In this document: piece by piece, positions 24,652 through 34,032 of the stretch
Numbering within the stretch: position 1 is the stretch's first letter
Layout of the letters: each line of letters opens with the position of its first letter
Source: Bugula neritina
Lineage: Eukaryota > Animalia > Bryozoa
Reading direction: 5' to 3'
DNA: 41,366 bases
NCBI GenBank assembly: GCA_964035545.1
Contig: CAXIUT010000077.1
Span: forward strand, 1 to 41,366
The notes under the pieces: model-generated
Seen by the model: the letters and a program-made list of their open reading frames with translations, nothing else
Database searches by the model: none
What the model was told of the DNA's origin: nothing
Made by a program: the position numbers and the translations under genes

Positions 24652-24732
24652 TACTTTATTGTTCATTCAATTAATTTAAGAGTTTAGACAAATGGCTTGA
24701 TGATAGATAGTGTTAATAATAAAATATCTAAA

Positions 24733-25857
24733 ATGCAACTAGATATGACCCATGCAGCAGTAACTGTCCTCGAAAAGATCATCACCAAAATAAAACCAGC
24801 CACTTCTACTTCCATGAAATCAGCAGTCGCTGCTCTCTTCACTGCTGACCCTCAAGGAAAACTCAGATACTCAGGCATGATAGGATTACTACAAATCGAT
24901 ATGGATCGTCACCTCAAGTCTAAATTCCTTCGATTCTACGATCTATAAAGCCTTAGCATGGTCTTTTAAGTTTAAATCTTCTATGGACTTCAAAAAAATT
25001 ACAGAATGATCAAATAAGGTCTCTACCTGCTTGATTATCCTAAAGGAAACATTGCCTTTCAATTCAGAACCAAAGAAGAAGGATAAATAATGAGATTAAA
25101 AATCAATTCCAACTGTCCTTCTCTTGAAGAATTCGAATAAATACAAAGAAAAAAAATATAGGCAGCCAAAAAAAAATAAGAAGATAGCAGTTTCTTTGGA
25201 AAAGTTAAAAACTTTTTTGGAGGCAAAGATTAGTAAGATGATTAAGTTAAACATTAATCATAAGTCCTTTCCTTCAAAAAGAACACATCAGTTTCTTTCA
25301 ACCTCCAAGATGGAACTTTCAGCACTTAAAACGTACCTCCAGAGTGGCAAGAAGTCTTTGATTCCCTCAATCTTTCCCCGGATGACTTAGCTAACAAATA
25401 AATCACAGGCATCATTATTGAAGAAACTATCCTAAACCAAGCCAAAAGACAAGCTTAGTAGTAGTACAACAAAGATCTTCAGCAAAAAGTAAAAAATGCT
25501 CAGAATTAAGTAAATTAATAAGCTAGAAACTTTTAAGCAGGAGTATCGAGAAACACGAACATGCATTTACCTCCTCCCCCTCCCCCTCCACCTCCTCCAT
25601 TACTTGGTCCTGCCCCTTCAATAGGTAGAAGCAGTGACAATTCGGCCAGGACCAATCTGATGGACTAGATCAGAAATAACAACCTCAAGTTAAAGCACGT
25701 AGCAGTGAACAATACAGAAGGAAAGCAATCAGTCAATTTGGACATTAGTGATATGAACAAGTAGTAGCGTAATGACCACATAGAAAATTTGAGGAAAAAG
25801 TTGTTGATGAGGAAAAAAGCCCTCAACAGAAGAGAGGCAGACTAAGATGATTATTGA
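24733..25857 (+). CDS. WASP-like actin nucleation-promoting factor, 374 aa
   Basis: WH1/EVH1 (SAVAALFTADP..YSGMIGLL..FLRFYDL..VFEVEIF..IAFQF), GBD-like (FSTENVPPEWQEVFDSLNLSPDDL), poly-Pro run, WH2 (RTNLMDEIRNNNLKLKHV), central helix (LRKKLLMRKKAL) and acidic end (EADEDDY). Confidence 0.88.
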
Positions 25858-25907
25858 GATGATTATTTGAGAGAAATATTGAGATAAAGTTAAAAAGAAT
25901 AATCAAA

Positions 25908-27274
25908 TCAAGATCTTAGGATATTTTGGAAGAGTTCAGGCAGGTTGTCTATTTCTTTGAAGGCTCTTTATATTTCTTAAGGATTGATAGATGACCGAAT
26001 ATCAGAGTTCCAGATAGACTAATCTTTGTTATCCAACTCCAACAAACCAAGTTACTAAAGTTTGAGAACAGACCTTTCCAATATATTTTTAGAGTAAATA
26101 AAAGAACTGCCCATTCCTTATGAAGTTACCCACTTCTGCTTAAACTCCTGATAAACCTAATACACTGTCTTAAAGCGATATGGCTTTCTTTGGTGCTTTT
26201 ACATGTAGTGGATAATAGCCATAACTAGATATTCAGGAAAGGTAGATGCTATGTTAGATAGAAATTACTTTTGAGTAGATTTTTAGGAACAAAAGGAAAT
26301 ATAAAAACAAAACTCTATTCTAATCTATTGACCAAATTCTATGCAAGCTAACTATCACTCAAATTCATCATTTATTGAGGAGAGCGATATCCACTAAACA
26401 CCATCTTCATTGAATTCAAATAAAATACGATATCTTTTTGAGAAAATTACTGATTTCTAGTTATCAATTTCAATAAATTACGATTCCCCCTCATAGCTAT
26501 CAACACTTTCTCGTATAACTTCTGTCTCTAGCGACATCCGCTTAAGTACTATCGCTCTTGCTAGCACAACCATTCTATCCTCCTTGCCAACAACTACAAT
26601 AGTATCTCAGGAGCTGGTCGCACCAAATTGACAGTATGTGCACATAGTCTACTCCTCACTCTCTTCTAAAACCTATCAGAAAAAGTCAATAACCTTGTTG
26701 TAAAGACCAACCCGATCCATTGCTTGATATCAGTATTAATCCACTCCAGTAAGTTGTAAAGAAGTAGTTGTTTGCGATATTCTACTAACCTTTAGGCATT
26801 TCTGATCAAAATAACAAGAGGACGTTCTTTTGACTTAATTGGCTCATTTAATTAACATAGTTAAATATTATTTTGGGCTACTATCTTCCGATCCAGTCCT
26901 TTAATTTAAATTTGCTAGCCAATCTAGCGAATCAACTTCTGAATAAACTGCATCTCTGTTCGAAATATATTGCAATCCACCACAGCAATAGCTGTCTCTC
27001 CATAATCATGCCTCAAAGCCCAATAAACTAAAGACATCTTGCCTGATTGAGCAGGACCAATAATAACATGAGTCTGTCCTACTAGCCTGCCTTCTATTCT
27101 GCTAGAATAACTTTCTCCCAAAGGAATCATCCACTACTTATTGGGTTCTATCTATCCGAAAGCCTGAATTAGACGTTTCATAGCATTAATGTTTTTAGGA
27201 TTAGTAGGTTGTTATTCAGAGAAAGAAGAGTTAGAGTATTTACGATAGCGACTGCGACTTCGATTGCTTTTCAT
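25908..27274 (-). CDS. ORC4: Origin recognition complex subunit 4, 448 aa; intron 26249-26268
   Basis: Walker A IIGPAQSGK, KQLLLYNLLEW, FEKRVRSRL arginine finger, and winged-helix EYLVMAII..PYRFKTVYEVYQEF. Confidence 0.88.
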
Positions 27275-27458
27275 ATTTTGATTTAATTACCTCCAAATGT
27301 AAACAAAATATTTCTTTAATCAAAACTATAAATACAGGTTCATTACCATAAAAACTGACACTAAACAGGTTCATTACCATAAAAACTGACACTAAACATT
27401 GAGCTTAAAGTTCTGTTAGATTCTTATTATCATTTAAGGTTATATGTGATCATTATCA

Positions 27459-28862
27459 TCATTTGCTGAAAACAAGTTCTCTTAAAGCAAGTAGCTCCTT
27501 CTGGTCTTTCAAGTACTCGTCCAAAGAAGCCTGTTTGGCATATATTTCTTTGTATTTAATAAAACTCTCTCTGATCTGCTCTTCTTCTCCCTTCCCAACT
27601 TTCTGCACAAAGTATTTCATTATCAACTAATCCTTTGCCTGAACATCATCAAGTGCCATTTTGTATCTGAAATGTAGATTTTCCATGGCTTTATTTATAC
27701 TTTTTAGTTCATTTTACTTGTTCTTCATTTAAAGCTATGACTTCTTGGCACTTGCCTTCAAATCAGCACATGCTTTCAAGTCTTTTATTTTAAGTTATTC
27801 CTTCAAAGCAGCTATCCTTTGAAGGTCTTCGAAAGATTGGTCCTTCACTCTAGATAACTCTTCTTCTGTGGATTATAACTTATTTTTCATAGTTTCATTC
27901 CTTTAAATGTGACTTTTAAGAGCATCTTCGAATGTATTCTCTTTCTTCTGCACTAATGATTCTCTCTGAACTCGTCCAAGGTTATCTCTTAGCTGATCAA
28001 CGATCATTTTATGCTCTTCCCTCTCACTATTTAAAGCCTTCATCCATTTGTTTTAGACTTATTTCTCTTTTTCTGATTATTATTTTCTCTTCACTTACAG
28101 CTATCTCTTTAAACTAAAATTTTCCTTTTTTAATTACTATATTTATTCTCTTAACTTCTAATTCTACTGATTTTTTGTCTCCAACTCTTTTGATACTGAC
28201 CATAATTTCTATCTAAGAGGTGATTCTTCTTTCTTTGGACTCTTTTGTTAAGGCATCATCCATCCTCCTCGAATGTCTTTCTTGCTTCCTTACATCTTTT
28301 CATTGGTATTCATATAGATAGGCCTTTTTTCTTCCTTTCTATTGTAATTAACAATAGGAGCAATCTTTTTATTTTAACTTTCTCTTTCTCTAGAAAAAGA
28401 ATAATTTGGTGTTTTAGTAATATTACTACATTCTAAACCTCTACTCGATGAAACAACATGCAATCCTACAGGTTCAACTCTACTTGTTTGTCTTCTAGCA
28501 CTAAGGTAGTGTTGTGAAATTGTCTATTTGTTTTATTCATGATTTAGTCGAGGGTTAAACATTCTTGACAACTATTTTTCGTGATGATTCAAGTGCTTGA
28601 ACTGTTCTTTTAACTTGTTAAGGTCATCCTTCAACTCATAGAAATAAGAGATGTTTCCAGCAGGATTAATATTTATTGTTTGATTTTAAGGAGGACGATG
28701 TGAAAGAGGTCTTGCTTGATTTTTAATCAATTGCCCAGTGCTTCTTTGCTGAGATGGATTTATTGAGATATAATATGGGTTAACTGGATAGAAACTTCTG
28801 TCGATATGACTTTGTTGTCCTCTAAAAACATGATTTTGAACTTGTCCTTAGTAGGAAGTCAT
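27459..28862 (-). CDS. Coiled-coil protein, 467 aa, copy 1
   Basis: MTSYEGQVQNH... low-complexity N-terminal half and Glu/Lys-rich coiled-coil C-terminal half, ending LRELVFSK then TGA TGA. Confidence 0.8.
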
Positions 28863-29164
28863 CTATTATAATGGGATACCAAGAATTAATGATTCATTAA
28901 TATCATACTATGAACTAAACAAAATAAGATATTTGAAAAAAGTCTTTCTTTTCTTTGTAGTTGTTCTCTCACTTTCTAAAGTCGCTACTATTTTGTCAAC
29001 TTTTGTAAACAAAATATTTCTTTAATCAAAACTATAAATACAGGTTCATTACCATAAAAACTGACACTAAACAGGTTCATTACCATAAAAACTGACACTA
29101 AACATTGAGCTTAAAGTTCTGTTAGATTCTTATTATCATTTAAGGTTATATGTGATCATTATCA

Positions 29165-30568
29165 TCATTTGCTGAAAACAAGTTCTCTTAAAGCAAGTAG
29201 CTCCTTCTGGTCTTTCAAGTACTCGTCCAAAGAAGCCTGTTTGGCATATATTTCTTTGTATTTAATAAAACTCTCTCTGATCTGCTCTTCTTCTCCCTTC
29301 CCAACTTTCTGCACAAAGTATTTCATTATCAACTAATCCTTTGCCTGAACATCATCAAGTGCCATTTTGTATCTGAAATGTAGATTTTCCATGGCTTTAT
29401 TTATACTTTTTAGTTCATTTTACTTGTTCTTCATTTAAAGCTATGACTTCTTGGCACTTGCCTTCAAATCAGCACATGCTTTCAAGTCTTTTATTTTAAG
29501 TTATTCCTTCAAAGCAGCTATCCTTTGAAGGTCTTCGAAAGATTGGTCCTTCACTCTAGATAACTCTTCTTCTGTGGATTATAACTTATTTTTCATAGTT
29601 TCATTCCTTTAAATGTGACTTTTAAGAGCATCTTCGAATGTATTCTCTTTCTTCTGCACTAATGATTCTCTCTGAACTCGTCCAAGGTTATCTCTTAGCT
29701 GATCAACGATCATTTTATGCTCTTCCCTCTCACTATTTAAAGCCTTCATCCATTTGTTTTAGACTTATTTCTCTTTTTCTGATTATTATTTTCTCTTCAC
29801 TTACAGCTATCTCTTTAAACTAAAATTTTCCTTTTTTAATTACTATATTTATTCTCTTAACTTCTAATTCTACTGATTTTTTGTCTCCAACTCTTTTGAT
29901 ACTGACCATAATTTCTATCTAAGAGGTGATTCTTCTTTCTTTGGACTCTTTTGTTAAGGCATCATCCATCCTCCTCGAATGTCTTTCTTGCTTCCTTACA
30001 TCTTTTCATTGGTATTCATATAGATAGGCCTTTTTTCTTCCTTTCTATTGTAATTAACAATAGGAGCAATCTTTTTATTTTAACTTTCTCTTTCTCTAGA
30101 AAAAGAATAATTTGGTGTTTTAGTAATATTACTACATTCTAAACCTCTACTCGATGAAACAACATGCAATCCTACAGGTTCAACTCTACTTGTTTGTCTT
30201 CTAGCACTAAGGTAGTGTTGTGAAATTGTCTATTTGTTTTATTCATGATTTAGTCGAGGGTTAAACATTCTTGACAACTATTTTTCGTGATGATTCAAGT
30301 GCTTGAACTGTTCTTTTAACTTGTTAAGGTCATCCTTCAACTCATAGAAATAAGAGATGTTTCCAGCAGGATTAATATTTATTGTTTGATTTTAAGGAGG
30401 ACGATGTGAAAGAGGTCTTGCTTGATTTTTAATCAATTGCCCAGTGCTTCTTTGCTGAGATGGATTTATTGAGATATAATATGGGTTAACTGGATAGAAA
30501 CTTCTGTCGATATGACTTTGTTGTCCTCTAAAAACATGATTTTGAACTTGTCCTTAGTAGGAAGTCAT
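29165..30568 (-). CDS. Coiled-coil protein, copy 2 (identical to copy 1)
   Basis: Same sequence offset by 1706 bp. Confidence 0.75.
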
Positions 30569-30658
30569 CTATTATAATGGGATACCAAGAATTAATGATT
30601 CATTAATATCATACTATGAACTAAACAAAATAAGATATTTGAAAAAAGTCTTTCTTTT

Positions 30659-30745
30659 GGGGTTGGGGTTGGGGTTGGGGTTGGGGTTGGGGTTGGGGTT
30701 GGGGTTGGGGTTGGGGTTGGGGTTGGGGTTGGGGTTGGGGTTGGG
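30659..30745. repeat. Internal telomeric tract (GGGGTT)n, 87 bp
   Basis: Replaces the 87 bp found at 28953-29039 and 32365-32451 in the sister repeat units. Confidence 0.96.
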
Positions 30746-30870
30746 ACAGGTTCATTACCATAAAAACTGACACTAAACAGGTTCATTACCATAAAAACTG
30801 ACACTAAACATTGAGCTTAAAGTTCTGTTAGATTCTTATTATCATTTAAGGTTATATGTGATCATTATCA

Positions 30871-32274
30871 TCATTTGCTGAAAACAAGTTCTCTTAAAGC
30901 AAGTAGCTCCTTCTGGTCTTTCAAGTACTCGTCCAAAGAAGCCTGTTTGGCATATATTTCTTTGTATTTAATAAAACTCTCTCTGATCTGCTCTTCTTCT
31001 CCCTTCCCAACTTTCTGCACAAAGTATTTCATTATCAACTAATCCTTTGCCTGAACATCATCAAGTGCCATTTTGTATCTGAAATGTAGATTTTCCATGG
31101 CTTTATTTATACTTTTTAGTTCATTTTACTTGTTCTTCATTTAAAGCTATGACTTCTTGGCACTTGCCTTCAAATCAGCACATGCTTTCAAGTCTTTTAT
31201 TTTAAGTTATTCCTTCAAAGCAGCTATCCTTTGAAGGTCTTCGAAAGATTGGTCCTTCACTCTAGATAACTCTTCTTCTGTGGATTATAACTTATTTTTC
31301 ATAGTTTCATTCCTTTAAATGTGACTTTTAAGAGCATCTTCGAATGTATTCTCTTTCTTCTGCACTAATGATTCTCTCTGAACTCGTCCAAGGTTATCTC
31401 TTAGCTGATCAACGATCATTTTATGCTCTTCCCTCTCACTATTTAAAGCCTTCATCCATTTGTTTTAGACTTATTTCTCTTTTTCTGATTATTATTTTCT
31501 CTTCACTTACAGCTATCTCTTTAAACTAAAATTTTCCTTTTTTAATTACTATATTTATTCTCTTAACTTCTAATTCTACTGATTTTTTGTCTCCAACTCT
31601 TTTGATACTGACCATAATTTCTATCTAAGAGGTGATTCTTCTTTCTTTGGACTCTTTTGTTAAGGCATCATCCATCCTCCTCGAATGTCTTTCTTGCTTC
31701 CTTACATCTTTTCATTGGTATTCATATAGATAGGCCTTTTTTCTTCCTTTCTATTGTAATTAACAATAGGAGCAATCTTTTTATTTTAACTTTCTCTTTC
31801 TCTAGAAAAAGAATAATTTGGTGTTTTAGTAATATTACTACATTCTAAACCTCTACTCGATGAAACAACATGCAATCCTACAGGTTCAACTCTACTTGTT
31901 TGTCTTCTAGCACTAAGGTAGTGTTGTGAAATTGTCTATTTGTTTTATTCATGATTTAGTCGAGGGTTAAACATTCTTGACAACTATTTTTCGTGATGAT
32001 TCAAGTGCTTGAACTGTTCTTTTAACTTGTTAAGGTCATCCTTCAACTCATAGAAATAAGAGATGTTTCCAGCAGGATTAATATTTATTGTTTGATTTTA
32101 AGGAGGACGATGTGAAAGAGGTCTTGCTTGATTTTTAATCAATTGCCCAGTGCTTCTTTGCTGAGATGGATTTATTGAGATATAATATGGGTTAACTGGA
32201 TAGAAACTTCTGTCGATATGACTTTGTTGTCCTCTAAAAACATGATTTTGAACTTGTCCTTAGTAGGAAGTCAT
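30871..32274 (-). CDS. Coiled-coil protein, copy 3 (identical to copy 1)
   Basis: Same sequence offset by 3412 bp. Confidence 0.75.
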
Positions 32275-32576
32275 CTATTATAATGGGATACCAAGAATTA
32301 ATGATTCATTAATATCATACTATGAACTAAACAAAATAAGATATTTGAAAAAAGTCTTTCTTTTCTTTGTAGTTGTTCTCTCACTTTCTAAAGTCGCTAC
32401 TATTTTGTCAACTTTTGTAAACAAAATATTTCTTTAATCAAAACTATAAATACAGGTTCATTACCATAAAAACTGACACTAAACAGGTTCATTACCATAA
32501 AAACTGACACTAAACATTGAGCTTAAAGTTCTGTTAGATTCTTATTATCATTTAAGGTTATATGTGATCATTATCA

Positions 32577-33974
32577 TCATTTGCTGAAAACAAGTTCTCT
32601 TAAAGCAAGTAGCTCCTTCTGGTCTTTCAAGTACTCGTCCAAAGAAGCCTGTTTGGCATATATTTCTTTGTATTTAATAAAACTCTCTCTGATCTGCTCT
32701 TCTTCTCCCTTCCCAACTTTCTGCACAAAGTATTTCATTATCAACTAATCCTTTGCCTGAACATCATCAAGTGCCATTTTGTATCTGAAATGTAGATTTT
32801 CCATGGCTTTATTTATACTTTTTAGTTCATTTTACTTGTTCTTCATTTAAAGCTATGACTTCTTGGCACTTGCCTTCAAATCAGCACATGCTTTCAAGTC
32901 TTTTATTTTAAGTTATTCCTTCAAAGCAGCTATCCTTTGAAGGTCTTCGAAAGATTGGTCCTTCACTCTAGATAACTCTTCTTCTGTGGATTATAACTTA
33001 TTTTTCATAGTTTCATTCCTTTAAATGTGACTTTTAAGAGCATCTTCGAATGTATTCTCTTTCTTCTGCACTAATGATTCTCTCTGAACTCGTCCAAGGT
33101 TATCTCTTAGCTGATCAACGATCATTTTATGCTCTTCCCTCTCACTATTTAAAGCCTTCATCCATTTGTTTTAGACTTATTTCTCTTTTTCTGATTATTA
33201 TTTTCTCTTCACTTACAGCTATCTCTTTAAACTAAAATTTTCCTTTTTTAATTACTATATTTATTCTCTTAACTTCTAATTCTACTGATTTTTTGTCTCC
33301 AGCTCTTTTGATACTGACCATAATTTCTATCTAAGAGGTGATTCTTCTTTCTTTGGACTCTGTTGTGAACTTGATGATGCTTTCTCATTGGTATTAATAT
33401 TATAATGTCTTTCTTTCTATTTTCTATTGGGATTAACTATTGGAACTACTTTTCTTTTCTCACTATCTCTAGAAAAAGAAAAATTCGGTGTTTTGAATTG
33501 AAGTTGATGAACACTATTATTTTAAAGACCCTTACTGGACGGAACAATATACATTCCTGCAGGTTCAACTCTACTTGTCTGTCTTCTATCTATTTATCTA
33601 TCAGCACTAAGATGGTGTCTTGAAATTATTTATTTATTTTATTCATTGCTAGGTTTATGGTTCGGTATTCTTGACAGTTATTCTCCTCTGTGATTGATCT
33701 GTTTGAGTTGTTCCTTCAACTTGCTGAGATCATCTTTCAACTCATAGATATTAGAGTTATTTCCTCCAGGATTGATGTTGATAGTTTGATTTTAAGGAGG
33801 ACGATGTGAAAGAGGTCTTGTTGGACTGTTAATCAGTTGTCCAGTACTTCTTTGCTGAGATGGATTTATCGAGGTATAATATGGATTGACTGGATAGGAA
33901 CTTCTTTCAATATGATTTTGTGGTCTATAGTCTCTAACTACTTGATTTGGAACTTGCGGTTGGTAAGAAATCAT
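32577..33974 (-). CDS. Coiled-coil protein, copy 4, paralog with diverged 5' half, 465 aa
   Basis: The 3' half is near-identical to copies 1-3. The 5' half (MISYQPQVPNQ...) is homologous but clearly diverged, with indels. Confidence 0.8.
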
Positions 33975-34032
33975 CAATTATAATACCACCAACAATTACT
34001 GATTTATAAATATTGCATATTAACAATAAAAA

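Larger units (their letters stand above)
27298..33360. repeat. 1706-bp tandem segmental repeat, ~3.55 copies, one gene per unit
   Basis: Identical ORFs recur at an exact 1706-bp spacing (27932, 29638, 31344, 33050). Each unit also has a 31-bp direct duplication acaggttcattaccataaaaactgacactaa. Confidence 0.96.

Noticed and set aside
25843-25870. UGA read as Trp in the WASP tail (DEDDY-TGA-DDY resembles DDEWDD)
   Set aside because: The following bases are a short tandem duplication of agatgattatt, like the stop-spanning duplication at 2174-2227. All conserved Trp codons elsewhere are TGG, and read-through would run into the antisense ORC4 gene.
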